DNA from: Clostridiaceae bacterium | GTDB taxonomy: Bacteria; Bacillota; Clostridia; Saccharofermentanales; DTU023 | DNA: 64,000 bases | Assembly: GCA_012838795.1 (NCBI GenBank) | Contig: DUOO01000028.1 | Location: 2,324-66,323 of the forward strand | Direction of reading: 5' to 3' | In this document: positions 37,025 through 47,959 of the stretch, one piece after another | Layout: each line of letters starts with the position of its first letter | Numbering within the stretch: the first letter of the stretch is position 1 | Notes under the pieces: generated by a model | What the model saw: only the letters and a program-made list of their open reading frames with translations | The model's database searches: none | Told to the model about the DNA's origin: nothing | Program-made: the position numbers and the translations under genes

Positions 37025-39053
37025 TGTTTTGAATGGAATATTTAACTTAAAAAAAACAAGAAAAGATAAGCTGAAACTTGACACTAAAATTGTACTAAAA
37101 TCTATTTTGATTTTTGTGTTAGTTTTTTTTATGAGCTCTTGTTCTCTTTTTATTGATAAAAATAAAGATAAAAATGACGTTGATCAAAATAATCAAGATA
37201 TTAATTCAGAATCTGATTCAGGTACCATTAAATCAAAAGAGAATTTGACAGGATCTGATTCCGCGTCTTCGGTATTACGAGTTTATTGGCAAGAACGTGA
37301 AGATTATAATCCGCTGAATACTTTTGATGCTTCAGGCAGAGCCGCTTATCAATTAATGCATCGTTCGATTTTTAAAATAAATAAATCTAATGTATTAACT
37401 ATGGATTTGGCACGTTCAGCTTCATATATTCCGGATAAAAATCTTTATCATATAGAATTGATTCCCGGTATTACTTTTTCTGACGGAACTTTGCTCACGG
37501 CAAATGATTGTGCTGCATCAATTTTACAATATAAAACTAATTTGATGAAATATATTGATGAAGAGAAATCAATTACTGTAAATCCTGAAAATGAACAGGA
37601 AAGCGAGCAGGAATCAACTGAGAACTCTGAATATAAAACGGATAATAGTCTTAGTGAAATTATGCAAAAATATCCTGATCTGCTTCCGAGTAACAATAAT
37701 TTATTAACAGATAAAACTGACAGTCTTTTAAACTCAGGTATTTTAAATAATGAATTTAGACTTTTATCGCTGATTGATGAAGTTGAAGTTATAGATGAAC
37801 AGATAATAGAAATAAGTTTACTGGATCCGAATGATGATTCTGAGGAAAAAACTACTGTTGATGATAATGAACAACTTTCGGAAAATGATGAAAATTTAAT
37901 TGATACTAATGAAAACCTTGAAGATACTAATGAAATAATTGATGAAAATAGTGGTGAAACTGCTGATGCAGCAGATAATGAAACAACCGAAGATTCAATA
38001 TATTATGCAACTGATCCCGGCGTCTTATTTGCATTAACAATGCCGATAATTCCGGAAAATTTGGCAGCTTCGACCAATTTGCCGACAATCACCAGTGCAA
38101 ATTATTCAATAGAAAGTAATGATAAAGGAAATATATTTTTAAGTGCAACTGATTCGAATTTTTCTTTGCAAAAAATTCAATTAATTCCTTATGGGGACAT
38201 TAAATCGGCAATGACGGATCTGATTGGGAATAAATTAGATTTAATTTATCTGAATGAACACAACTATAATTTATTCAGTAAACAGAATAATGTTAATATT
38301 TTTTCATTCCCGGGTCAGCGGTATTTTTACCTATCTTTCGGTAATGGTGAAACGGTTAATATTCCTGAAATCAGAAATGCTGTTATCAATGTTTGGGATG
38401 TAAGGGATGATCTGACTTCATCTTTGACCGAAGATCAGTCGTCAAACCAATTACCTTTACAATATAACGATCAGGCAATTTCTATATTTAATCTGTTTGA
38501 GCAGCAATCCGATTCTCTCGATGTGCAAACTGTTCATGAATTTAACAGTCGAGAGATTGAGCTGAAAGTACTTGTTCCTGACAGAACATTAGAACGCAAT
38601 TGGGGATATGATTTAAGAGAAAAATTGATAGGAGTGAATATTAAATTGGAACTTGAATATATAGATCCGGATTTCTATCAAATATCACTGGAACAAGGAG
38701 ATTATGATTTGGCATTTAACAGTGTGGATATACCCTATCCGATGAGTATTTTCGATGCTTTTAAACTAATTAATCCATCTGTAATGGAAAATTTGACTGA
38801 AAGTGAATTGCAATTATTCCAAGAAATGAACAGTTATTTTTATTCGGTTGAGCGTCAAATAGATCCGAAAATTTTGAATGAAAAAAACAAAACATATCGA
38901 GATTTTATCAATCAAAAATTTTCTGAATTAGACATTTTAGGAATAGGTTTTGCTCCGGTTGGTATATTATTATCAAATAATATTGAGGGTTCTTCAGAAT
39001 CGCACCTGGCTGAACCATATTCGGGTTTGGAGGATTTATGGGTTTGGCAATAA
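37011..39053 (+). CDS. Family-5 (OppA/DppA/NikA-like) solute-binding lipoprotein, orphan, with a long acidic insertion
   Basis: Lipobox-like FFMSSC. SBP_bac_5-like YNPLNTFDASGRAAYQLMHRSIF...IPGITFSDGTLLTANDCAASI. No permease or ATPase genes are adjacent. Confidence 0.6.
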   Translation: MFLNNVLNGIFNLKKTRKDKLKLDTKIVLKSILIFVLVFFMSSCSLFIDKNKDKNDVDQNNQDINSESDSGTIKSKENLTGSDSASSVLRVYWQEREDYNPLNTFDASGRAAYQLMHRSIFKINKSNVLTMDLARSASYIPDKNLYHIELIPGITFSDGTLLTANDCAASILQYKTNLMKYIDEEKSITVNPENEQESEQESTENSEYKTDNSLSEIMQKYPDLLPSNNNLLTDKTDSLLNSGILNNEFRLLSLIDEVEVIDEQIIEISLLDPNDDSEEKTTVDDNEQLSENDENLIDTNENLEDTNEIIDENSGETADAADNETTEDSIYYATDPGVLFALTMPIIPENLAASTNLPTITSANYSIESNDKGNIFLSATDSNFSLQKIQLIPYGDIKSAMTDLIGNKLDLIYLNEHNYNLFSKQNNVNIFSFPGQRYFYLSFGNGETVNIPEIRNAVINVWDVRDDLTSSLTEDQSSNQLPLQYNDQAISIFNLFEQQSDSLDVQTVHEFNSREIELKVLVPDRTLERNWGYDLREKLIGVNIKLELEYIDPDFYQISLEQGDYDLAFNSVDIPYPMSIFDAFKLINPSVMENLTESELQLFQEMNSYFYSVERQIDPKILNEKNKTYRDFINQKFSELDILGIGFAPVGILLSNNIEGSSESHLAEPYSGLEDLWVWQ

Positions 39054-39562
39054 TTATTTCACTTATTATTATTTTTTGCGACCAATTAAGCAAATATTGG
39101 ATTTTGAATAATTTAGCTTTACATGAAAGTATCCCGGTAATAAAAGATTTCTTTTCAATCTTTCATACCAGAAACAGAGGAGCTGCCTGGGGTGTATTGT
39201 CAGAGCAAGATTGGGGCATCCATTTATTAACGATCATTTCGATTATAGCTTCAGTTTACATTGTTTATCTTATTTATATTAACAAAATTGTACCTGTACG
39301 TATTACTCTCGCTTTAATTCTGGGAGGGAGTATCGGTAATTTAATTGACCGTGTCAGATTTAATAATGTTGTGGATTTTTTAAGTTTTACATTTGGTGAT
39401 TATCAGTTTCCGGTTTTTAATATTGCTGATTCGGCTATTGTTGTTGGTGCCATTTGTTTAGTTGTTTATTTTATTATCAAACCAGAACAATTGGAAAAAA
39501 TACAACTAACTCGCAAAAATTCAATAGGAAAATCGCAGACGGAAAGACAAAATGAAGAATAA
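39038..39562 (+). CDS. lspA: Lipoprotein signal peptidase II
   Basis: DQLSK, NRGAAWG, GGSIGNLIDR, VVDF, FNIADS. Confidence 0.85.
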   Translation: MGLAIIISLIIIFCDQLSKYWILNNLALHESIPVIKDFFSIFHTRNRGAAWGVLSEQDWGIHLLTIISIIASVYIVYLIYINKIVPVRITLALILGGSIGNLIDRVRFNNVVDFLSFTFGDYQFPVFNIADSAIVVGAICLVVYFIIKPEQLEKIQLTRKNSIGKSQTERQNEE

Positions 39563-40517
39563 AATGTTGAACGAGAGAATTTTTTATATGGATGATTCAC
39601 AAGTCAGAATTGATCGCTGGCTTGCCAAACAATTGCCTGAGTTTTCTCGTTCACAAATAGTCGAATGGATCAAAGACCATAAGGTAGCAGTTGAAAATTT
39701 TCCGGAATTGAAAGCTAAAACGATACTTCCCGCAGGTACAAAAATTACCCTTCATATTAAAGAAAACCCGATTAATATCATTATTCCTCAACCGCAAGCT
39801 ATGAGATTGGATATTGTTTATGAAGATAATGATATGTTAATAATTAATAAGCCTATTAACTTAACCGTTCATCCCGGATCCGGGAACCGGGATAAGACTT
39901 TGGTAAATGCATTATTAGCATATACGAAAGGGAATCTGTCGGATTTGGCGGGCCCTGAACGAGCAGGTATCGTTCATCGTTTAGACAAAGACACATCAGG
40001 ATTAATTATTATTGCAAAAAACAATATTTTTCATTCTGCAATGACAAATTTATTCAAAAAAAGAAAAATTACTCGTATATATCGAGCTTTAGTATGGAAT
40101 AAACCTGAATCATTCTCAGGAACAATTGATGCTCCGATCGGCAGAGATCCATACAATAGAACTAAAATGACCGTAACTGAAAAAGGCAAAGAAGCTGTAA
40201 CTCATTTTCGTTTAATTAGCAGTTTTGCTGATAAGCAAAACAGGGTAACGGCGAGTGAATTGGAAGTTGAGCTATTAACCGGAAGAACTCATCAAATCAG
40301 AGTACATTTAGCTTACATCAATTTACCGATAATCGGTGATCCGCTATATAATCTTAATAGAGATAATTTAGAAATGCCGGCACAGGCATTGTATGCTGAA
40401 AAATTGGCCTTTATTCATCCGTTGGAAGGTGTTCCTTATAAATTTGAAATACAACCACCTGATTATTACCGTTCTGCAAAAGAACGCTTAGAGACGATTT
40501 CTGATATTATTATTTAG
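39552..40517 (+). CDS. rluD: 23S rRNA pseudouridine synthase RluD
   Basis: S4 domain (RIDRWLA), INKPINLTVHPG, HRLDKDTSGLIIIAK, GRTHQIRVH. Confidence 0.85.
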   Translation: MKNKMLNERIFYMDDSQVRIDRWLAKQLPEFSRSQIVEWIKDHKVAVENFPELKAKTILPAGTKITLHIKENPINIIIPQPQAMRLDIVYEDNDMLIINKPINLTVHPGSGNRDKTLVNALLAYTKGNLSDLAGPERAGIVHRLDKDTSGLIIIAKNNIFHSAMTNLFKKRKITRIYRALVWNKPESFSGTIDAPIGRDPYNRTKMTVTEKGKEAVTHFRLISSFADKQNRVTASELEVELLTGRTHQIRVHLAYINLPIIGDPLYNLNRDNLEMPAQALYAEKLAFIHPLEGVPYKFEIQPPDYYRSAKERLETISDIII

Positions 40518-40574
40518 AAAATGTTAAGATAATACAAATAGTAATTATTTGATTGAATATGTGTTTGAGGTTTA

Positions 40575-41339
40575 ATGACAAATAATAAAAAAATAATACA
40601 AATTTCTATGACTTTAATTTTGATCTTATCAGGATTAATTTTAGGCAGCCATTATGTTCAAGTCAGATCTGAAACAAGTTCAACATTGAATCTTGCAGCA
40701 ATTCAAGAAGCAAGATTGGAATTAGTTGAATTGCAAAATGTACGTGAAGAGTTAGAAAATGATTACAAAAATTTGCGTAAAGAATTGAATGATTTATGGT
40801 TTGAAGTTTTTGATGAAGAGGATGCTCAGCAATTAGAATTACTTGATGAATTAACAAGAATACGAAAAATTGCTGGTTTAACTGAAGTTAAAGGTGGTGG
40901 AATAATTGTTACAATTAATGATAAAGAGAATTACGATCCGCTGGCCGATCCGATTGAATCAATAATCCATGATCAAAACATTATTTATTTAATTGATTTA
41001 CTTATAAATAACGGAGCACAGGCAGTATCGATCAACGATTTGCGGATTGTAAATTCAAGTCATATTTTTTGTATCGGTACAACTGTTCTTTGCAATAATC
41101 AAAGAACAATCCCGCCTTATGAAATTAAAGCAATCGGTCCTCAAGAACAGATGAAATCGGCATTGGATGCTGATCCGATCTATCTCAAATTACAGGAAGA
41201 ACCTTATCAAATAAGATTCTCATGTGTGCCGGTTAATGATTTGATTATAAATGGCTATGAAACACCGGATACAATAACAAAAGATATAGAGTATTTAAAA
41301 ATAGCAACAGATCAGGAAATTCAAAATATAAGCTATTGA
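40575..41339 (+). CDS. DUF881-domain protein
   Basis: N-terminal TM, coiled coil, GGGIIVTIND, LINNGAQAVSINDLRI, PPYEIKAIG. Confidence 0.6.
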   Translation: MTNNKKIIQISMTLILILSGLILGSHYVQVRSETSSTLNLAAIQEARLELVELQNVREELENDYKNLRKELNDLWFEVFDEEDAQQLELLDELTRIRKIAGLTEVKGGGIIVTINDKENYDPLADPIESIIHDQNIIYLIDLLINNGAQAVSINDLRIVNSSHIFCIGTTVLCNNQRTIPPYEIKAIGPQEQMKSALDADPIYLKLQEEPYQIRFSCVPVNDLIINGYETPDTITKDIEYLKIATDQEIQNISY

Positions 41340-41413
41340 TTTAATTAATAGACTAATAATGTGAATTGGTTATTATAAATAATTCTGACTTAAATTCATT
41401 TAAAGGAGTTGCA

Positions 41414-42139
41414 ATGCGAATCAGAAACTTAATGGTAAAATATGGTGCAATTACTCTGATTACAGTTATTCTGGGAATTTCTTTAGCTTTACAGATTAAA
41501 ACCAGCAATATTGCGTCACATGAAAGCAGAGATCTGACTGAATTACAGAATAATGTTCGTAGTTATGCCGAAAAAAATGCGGAATTAAATGATCGGAATA
41601 AAGCTCTTTACAGTGAAATAGAAAAATTGCGAAATGATCAGCTGGAGGGAGATATCAATTACCAAGATATTTTGGCGGAACAGGAAAAACTTTCAGTCTT
41701 TGCAGGTCTTACCGCAGTTCAAAATTCGGGAGTTACTGTTACATTGGGTATGGCAGGGCAATCAATGATAACAGATTCATATGTCAGATTAGTAGTCAAT
41801 GAACTCAATGCATTGGGTGCGCAAGCAATTTCAATCAATGAACAAAGAAAAGTCGCAACGACAGAAATTAGAGCAAGCAGCGAAAATATCATTATAAACG
41901 GGGTAGCTTATCCGCGTAGTGAAGATTTTGTTATTAAAGCCATTGTTCCTCCTGATCAACAAGATTCAATCGTTTTGGCACTTGAAACACTTAAAAATGC
42001 ATTAAAAGAGCAAATTGATTCGGACCAGCAAATTGAAATGTTGATATCCGCGGAACAAAAAGTGGTTATTCCGGCCTTAAATGAAGACAGCATAGCTTAT
42101 AAAACGAATTTATTAAATCCGGTAGAAGATCATGAATAA
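41414..42139 (+). CDS. DUF881-domain protein (paralogue)
   Basis: Same architecture (GVTVTL, LNALGAQAISINEQR, FVIKAIV). ATG after aaaggag (track start TTG 41366). Confidence 0.6.
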   Translation: MRIRNLMVKYGAITLITVILGISLALQIKTSNIASHESRDLTELQNNVRSYAEKNAELNDRNKALYSEIEKLRNDQLEGDINYQDILAEQEKLSVFAGLTAVQNSGVTVTLGMAGQSMITDSYVRLVVNELNALGAQAISINEQRKVATTEIRASSENIIINGVAYPRSEDFVIKAIVPPDQQDSIVLALETLKNALKEQIDSDQQIEMLISAEQKVVIPALNEDSIAYKTNLLNPVEDHE

Positions 42140-42193
42140 GTAATTTCAAAAAGAATATAGCTTTAATTATGAAAGGATCAGACAAATTTAGTT

Positions 42194-43165
42194 ATGGCAA
42201 TAGAGAATTTCGAAGTTTCACCGCTTGAAGGGATCAAATTATTAGGGCAATTGAACTCCAATGCCAGACAGATCGACGGAGCTTTCGGAGTCGAAACTGA
42301 ATTAGCTTCAAATGGTTTATCGATCAGTGGTGAGCCGGTACAAATTGAGAAAGCTGTCCAGGTTTACCGACGTTTATTGGAAGGTATCCGAAGAGGTGCC
42401 TACCCTGATGCTCAATTAGTGAATTATCTGACAAATACTGCTTTAACAGGTGATGAAGATGATGTTAATTTCAGCCCGAATTTAATCTGTATTACTGCAA
42501 AAGGCAGACCGGTACACAGCAAAACTGCCGGACAGAAAAAATATGTGACTGCTATTCAGAATAATGAATTAACATTTGCTATCGGACCTGCAGGTACCGG
42601 AAAAACTTATTTGGCAGTTGCTATGGCGGTCAAAGCTTTTCGGGCTCAAGAAGTATCCAGGATAATTTTAACCAGACCTGCGGTAGAAGCAGGTGAAAAA
42701 CTGGGATATTTGCCGGGTGATCTTCAAATGAAAGTTGATCCTTACATGCGACCACTTTATGACGCACTCTATGATTTAATGGGGTATGATGCATATCAAA
42801 AGAATTTAGAAAAAGGTATAATAGAGGTATCACCTTTGGCTTATATGCGAGGAAGAACTTTGGATGATTCATTTATTATTTTAGATGAAGCTCAGAATAC
42901 TACTCCTGAACAAATGAAGATGTTCCTGACCAGAATCGGATTTCATTCCAAAGCGATCGTTACCGGTGATATCACTCAAATTGATTTGCCTTCCAGTACC
43001 AGAAGCGGTTTGATCGGAGTACAAAATATTTTGCAAAATATCGAAGGAATAGAGTTTGTCCATTTGAATGCAAAAGACGTCGTGCGCAATGATTTGGTCC
43101 AAAGAATAATTGTAGCGTATGAGAAAGCTGATAGGCTGGCCTCTAAACGCAGAAAGAAGGATTAA
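42194..43165 (+). CDS. phoH: PhoH-family ATPase (YbeZ-like)
   Basis: GPAGTGKTYLAVA Walker A, LTRPAVEAGEKLGYLPGD, ILDEAQN. Confidence 0.9.
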   Translation: MAIENFEVSPLEGIKLLGQLNSNARQIDGAFGVETELASNGLSISGEPVQIEKAVQVYRRLLEGIRRGAYPDAQLVNYLTNTALTGDEDDVNFSPNLICITAKGRPVHSKTAGQKKYVTAIQNNELTFAIGPAGTGKTYLAVAMAVKAFRAQEVSRIILTRPAVEAGEKLGYLPGDLQMKVDPYMRPLYDALYDLMGYDAYQKNLEKGIIEVSPLAYMRGRTLDDSFIILDEAQNTTPEQMKMFLTRIGFHSKAIVTGDITQIDLPSSTRSGLIGVQNILQNIEGIEFVHLNAKDVVRNDLVQRIIVAYEKADRLASKRRKKD

Positions 43166-43167
43166 AA

Positions 43168-45426
43168 ATGAACAAACTGAAGAATCAGCAGATAAGCGAA
43201 ATGAAAATTTTCAATTCGAGTAAAAGAAACAAAATCAACCAAAAGCAAAGTTGGTTCTTGAGTATTCTTACGGGGCTTATTGTATATATTGCAGTTTGTT
43301 TTATTGTTTATAACGGTTCTTTGCCTACAACTTATAATTTACATGTTAATGATATCAGTTCATATGACATACAAGCTCCGAGAACTTTTGTTGATCATAA
43401 GGCAACTGAAATCAGAGCAAAAGAGGTTGAAGATGCTGTTCCGAAGAAAATGATTAAAAACGATCAAGCTACAGCTGTTTCTTTGGCAAATATTGAATCT
43501 TTTTTGGATATAGTAAATCAGAGACGTGATCAATTATATTATCGTAAAGATACTAAACCGGCTGAAAATTTAAACACGACTACGACTGCTGATGAAAATC
43601 ATGATCATAAACCAACAGAATCTGAAGATGCGAACGAGGACGAAAATAACCCGCTGAAACCATCTGATGCTGAAATTGTGACAGCTGCCACTCCGATGCT
43701 TTCGGAAATCAATCAAAAATTTGATATTAATTTAAATGTTGGTTTTGCTGTACGGTTATTGAGTATGGAAGAAACTCGCTTTAATTACTTTACTGAAAAT
43801 TTACAGAGTATGTCTGAATCAATTATGCAACAAGCTATGGATTCCGATCAATTATTAATGAACATTGAGGATCATTTAGACAAGATTTCTGAAAATCAAG
43901 ATTTCTTTATTGCTGACAATGAGATTTTGGATTATGTCTTAAAAAATTTACTTAAACCCAATGTTCAGTATGATAAAATCGGTACTGATAAGGCTAGGGA
44001 AGATGCAGCGAATCAAGTTCGAAATAATCCGATCATGATTAATGCAGGAGCCAGAATTGTTTCACAAGGTGATGTAATAACCCAAGACACTTATGATATT
44101 TTGGAAGAATTGAATTTAACCGATACGGGAGTATTTGATTGGTATGCTTTTTCAGGAATTGCGTTATTCAATCTGTTTTTGATAATTATCCTTATAGCGT
44201 ATTTTAAATTTTTTCATCCCAAAATATTAATCAGCGGACAAACATTATGGTCCTTGATTTTAGCTGTTTTTATACCGTTGATTGTAGCTTATTATATGGC
44301 AGATACATATCCTTTATCACCACCGGTGTATTTCTCCACAATTATTGTCTGTGCGTACTTTGATTTGAAAACTTCTCTTGTTGTTTCAACAGTACTTGCA
44401 CTTGCAATATCACCGATGTCCTCGTTCCATCCTTATTATTTACCTGTAATATTGGTTGGTTCTTTAGTATCCGCACTATTTGCTCGTAAAATCAGTCGAC
44501 AAGATAATTATATAAAATTGATCAGTGCTACTACATTAACCAGTCTGGGTGCGGTAATAGCTTTGAGTATTATGCAAAAAGATACAATTACAATTATGAT
44601 GAATAATGCAATTACCGTGACGATTTCTTCAATGATTTCCGTTATTGCGGCAATAGGTGTAATGCCTGTTTTCGAATTGATTTTTAATACGGTTTCTCCT
44701 ATTAAAATTATTGAATTATCACAACCGGGACATCCCTTGCTAAAACGGTTGTTCACTGAAGCACCGGGATCTTCACAACATTCGATGATGGTTGCTAATC
44801 TTGCTGATGCCGGTGCAGAAGCTATCGGAGCAGATTCCACGCTGGCGAGGGTCGGAGCTTATTATCATGACATTGGGAAATTAGAGAATCCGTTAATGTT
44901 TACGGAAAATCAATCAGGAGAAAATCCTCACGACCGTTTAACTCCTGAAGAAAGTTGTCGGATTATTACGGCTCATACAGAAGATGGTCTTAAACTTGGA
45001 TATAAATATCGTTTACCCGAACCTGTATTGAAAATGATTCATGAACATCACGGAACTACCGTACTTCAATTCTTCTTTCATAAAGCAATTCAAATTGCCG
45101 AGCAGGAAGGTAAAGAGCCGCCTAATAAAGATGATTATCGATATCATAATCCATTACCGAGTTTTAAAGAATCTGCAGTTTTGATGTTAGCCGATTCGGT
45201 TGAAGCTGCAATGAAATCTTCGCAAATCGATAATACACAGGATGCTGAAAAATTTATGCGTAATATAATTAAAATAAAAATTGATCAAAACCAGTTAACC
45301 AATTCCGGTTTATCTTTTCATGATGTCGAATTAATCTTGGAAGCTTTCTTGCAAGTATATGCGGGTCAATTCCATAGTAGAATTAAGTATCCTGAGCTGA
45401 AGAAAAGAGATGATGCTAATGAATAA
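43168..45426 (+). CDS. pgpH: 7TM-receptor HD-domain phosphohydrolase (PgpH/YqfF-like)
   Basis: Extracellular N-domain, about 7 TM helices, HD domain (SQHSMMVANLA, YYHDIGK). Confidence 0.8.
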   Translation: MNKLKNQQISEMKIFNSSKRNKINQKQSWFLSILTGLIVYIAVCFIVYNGSLPTTYNLHVNDISSYDIQAPRTFVDHKATEIRAKEVEDAVPKKMIKNDQATAVSLANIESFLDIVNQRRDQLYYRKDTKPAENLNTTTTADENHDHKPTESEDANEDENNPLKPSDAEIVTAATPMLSEINQKFDINLNVGFAVRLLSMEETRFNYFTENLQSMSESIMQQAMDSDQLLMNIEDHLDKISENQDFFIADNEILDYVLKNLLKPNVQYDKIGTDKAREDAANQVRNNPIMINAGARIVSQGDVITQDTYDILEELNLTDTGVFDWYAFSGIALFNLFLIIILIAYFKFFHPKILISGQTLWSLILAVFIPLIVAYYMADTYPLSPPVYFSTIIVCAYFDLKTSLVVSTVLALAISPMSSFHPYYLPVILVGSLVSALFARKISRQDNYIKLISATTLTSLGAVIALSIMQKDTITIMMNNAITVTISSMISVIAAIGVMPVFELIFNTVSPIKIIELSQPGHPLLKRLFTEAPGSSQHSMMVANLADAGAEAIGADSTLARVGAYYHDIGKLENPLMFTENQSGENPHDRLTPEESCRIITAHTEDGLKLGYKYRLPEPVLKMIHEHHGTTVLQFFFHKAIQIAEQEGKEPPNKDDYRYHNPLPSFKESAVLMLADSVEAAMKSSQIDNTQDAEKFMRNIIKIKIDQNQLTNSGLSFHDVELILEAFLQVYAGQFHSRIKYPELKKRDDANE

Positions 45427-46087
45427 ATCCGAACTTGACTTGGAATTATTTTTCTCGGAATTTTGTCTTAGTGAGGAAACTGGAACTACATCCGAATCAG
45501 TTTTTTTCAATAAATTAAAATTAGATCAATCACATTTATTAAGCAATCTTTTTCTTGAACTTGGCAGGGTTATTTTAACACGAGAGAAAAAGATTCAACT
45601 GATATTGTCAGAACAAGAATTATCTGCTCAAATTGGTGTTTCATTGGTCTCAGGCAAATTAATGAAACAAATTAATGCTTCAACCAGAGGAATTGATAAA
45701 ATAACTGACGTACTGTCATTTCCTAATTTTAATTTTAACGTAATACACGATAGTCACCACACCTCAAAATGTGAAATGGCAGATTTTGATTTTACTATAG
45801 AACCGTATGCTTGGCTTGATCCGACAGCTGAATATGGCACGATAAGTTTAGGTGAAATAGTAATTTGCCCTTTAAAAGCGGATAAACAAGCAAAAGAATT
45901 AGGACACTCTTTAATTCGTGAACTTTGTTTTTTATATATGCATGGTTTATTACATTTATGTGGTTATGATCATCAAACAAAACAGGATGCAGGCCGGATG
46001 TTTGCCTTGCAGAAAAGCATTTTGCCTGAATTAGAAAGTTTAATTAATATTCATTTTATTTTTGAGGGGAAATATGACGAACAATAG
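45410..46087 (+). CDS. ybeY: rRNA maturation RNase YbeY (expanded, 225 aa)
   Basis: Zinc motif HGLLHLCGYDH, TDVLSFP. Conserved position between pgpH and era. Confidence 0.8.
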   Translation: MMLMNKSELDLELFFSEFCLSEETGTTSESVFFNKLKLDQSHLLSNLFLELGRVILTREKKIQLILSEQELSAQIGVSLVSGKLMKQINASTRGIDKITDVLSFPNFNFNVIHDSHHTSKCEMADFDFTIEPYAWLDPTAEYGTISLGEIVICPLKADKQAKELGHSLIRELCFLYMHGLLHLCGYDHQTKQDAGRMFALQKSILPELESLINIHFIFEGKYDEQ

Positions 46088-47006
46088 TTTTAAATGTGGG
46101 TTTGTTACACTTGCAGGTCGAACAAATATCGGCAAATCAACTTTGCTTAATCAAATTATGCAAACCGAAATTGCTATAGCCACTCATAAACCTCAAACGA
46201 CAAGACATTTGATTAAAGCAATTTATCAAGATGAAGAGAGTCAAATCATTTTTATAGATTCACCCGGTATGCATATTGCTACCGATCAATTAGGACGTAA
46301 TATGCGTAAAGCTGCATCTGTAGCAATTCAAGAAACAGATATCGTTGTCTTGATGATTGATGCCAGATCTGAATTTGAAATTAATAAAATAGAAAAACAA
46401 ATTATAGATTTGGCAATTTCAAGTAAAATCAATTTGATATTGGCAATTAATAAAATTGATTTAGTGACAAAATCAAGAATTTTGCCATTAATTCGAGAAT
46501 ATGTAAGCTATGCGGATTTCAAAGCAGTAGTTCCGATTTCTGCAAAATATAACGACGGAATCGATCTATTGCTTGCCGAAATTAAAAATATCCTGCCGAT
46601 TAATTCACCACTGATTGTTGATGGAAGTTATACGGATCAAACCGAAAAGATTTTAGCGGCAGAGTATATTCGTGCTGAAATCATCGATCAAATATCCGAT
46701 GAAATACCATATGGCGTGGCAATTAAAATTGAAGAATTTAATGAGATTTTCAACTTAGACAATAAAAGAGAGAGAGTACAGATACATGCTGCGATTTTTG
46801 TAGAACAAGAAAATCACAAAATGATTCTTTTAGGAAAAAACGGCAGACAAATTGTTGCTTTAGGTAAAGCCAGTCGAAAGCGAATTAGTGAAATGTTAGA
46901 TTGCCCTTGTGATTTAATGTTATTTGTTAAAGTAAGAACCGATTGGCGTAATAAGTATTCCCAGCTGAAAGAATTGGGCTACAGTAGTCAGGATTTGAGT
47001 TTGTAA
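46074..47006 (+). CDS. era: GTPase Era
   Basis: GRTNIGKST (G1), DSPG (G3), NKID (G4), C-terminal KH domain. ATG after gagggg (track start TTG 46062). Confidence 0.9.
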   Translation: MTNNSFKCGFVTLAGRTNIGKSTLLNQIMQTEIAIATHKPQTTRHLIKAIYQDEESQIIFIDSPGMHIATDQLGRNMRKAASVAIQETDIVVLMIDARSEFEINKIEKQIIDLAISSKINLILAINKIDLVTKSRILPLIREYVSYADFKAVVPISAKYNDGIDLLLAEIKNILPINSPLIVDGSYTDQTEKILAAEYIRAEIIDQISDEIPYGVAIKIEEFNEIFNLDNKRERVQIHAAIFVEQENHKMILLGKNGRQIVALGKASRKRISEMLDCPCDLMLFVKVRTDWRNKYSQLKELGYSSQDLSL

Positions 47007-47072
47007 TAATTTTCAATGATGGTTTTGATGTATTTCGGAACATTATTCAAAACAGATTAGAGAATTTTATTT

Positions 47073-47852
47073 ATGAGTTTCATTAAAACAAAAGGATTTG
47101 TAATACAAAGCATCGGATACAGAGATTCAAATCGATTGCTCAAAATTCTTACTCCTGAACATGGATTAATTACCTGTTCAGCTCTTGGTGCAAAAAGCAA
47201 AAAAAGTACTTTGCAAGTCGTCAGTAATCCTTTTGTTTTTGCCGAATATGAATTGTTTTATTATCGTGAACGTTATCGGGTACAGTCTGCAAGCATTATT
47301 GATGCATATTTGCCGTTAATGGAAGATATTAAGCGGTTAACATGCGTTTCTCATTTAGCGGAATTGGTTTTAGATATTTTACGCGATAATGCCAAAAGTA
47401 AAAATAGTTATCAGTTTTGGGCATATGCATCTTATAAAATTACGACCGATCCTGATCCGGTATTAATAACCCATTTAGCTCAAATAAAATATTTATCGGA
47501 ACAAGGATTCGCTCCTTGGATTGATAATTGTCTTATCTGCGGAAACGAATTTTCCGAAAAAGGTGCAAGATTCTATTTTGCTGAATACGGTGCCATTTGT
47601 GAACGAGATTCTTGTCGCAATAATGTTGGATCTTCATCCGTTATAGATCTATCACATAGTTCATTGTTAACTTTGATGTATCTTATTCATAATCCTTATG
47701 AAAAATGTTTTAATATGAGATTAACTGAACACGTTAGGCAAGAGATTATTAATTACTCGGAACGTTACTTAACTTACATTATGGAAAAAAACTATCAAAA
47801 ACTTGATATGATCAAATCCTTGGAAAATTTTGAACAAGGAAATATTAGATAG
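47073..47852 (+). CDS. recO: DNA repair protein RecO
   Basis: OB-fold N-terminus (KGFVIQSIGYRDSNRLLKILT), Cys cluster CLICGNE...CERDSC. Follows era. Confidence 0.8.
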   Translation: MSFIKTKGFVIQSIGYRDSNRLLKILTPEHGLITCSALGAKSKKSTLQVVSNPFVFAEYELFYYRERYRVQSASIIDAYLPLMEDIKRLTCVSHLAELVLDILRDNAKSKNSYQFWAYASYKITTDPDPVLITHLAQIKYLSEQGFAPWIDNCLICGNEFSEKGARFYFAEYGAICERDSCRNNVGSSSVIDLSHSSLLTLMYLIHNPYEKCFNMRLTEHVRQEIINYSERYLTYIMEKNYQKLDMIKSLENFEQGNIR

Positions 47853-47959
47853 TGAATATGGAAATGGTTTTTAATTCATTGGATACAAATAGTAGTTCTT
47901 TGGTGATTTTTATGGTACAGTTGTAGAAATTAATAATTCTATTATTAGAATGGATAATT

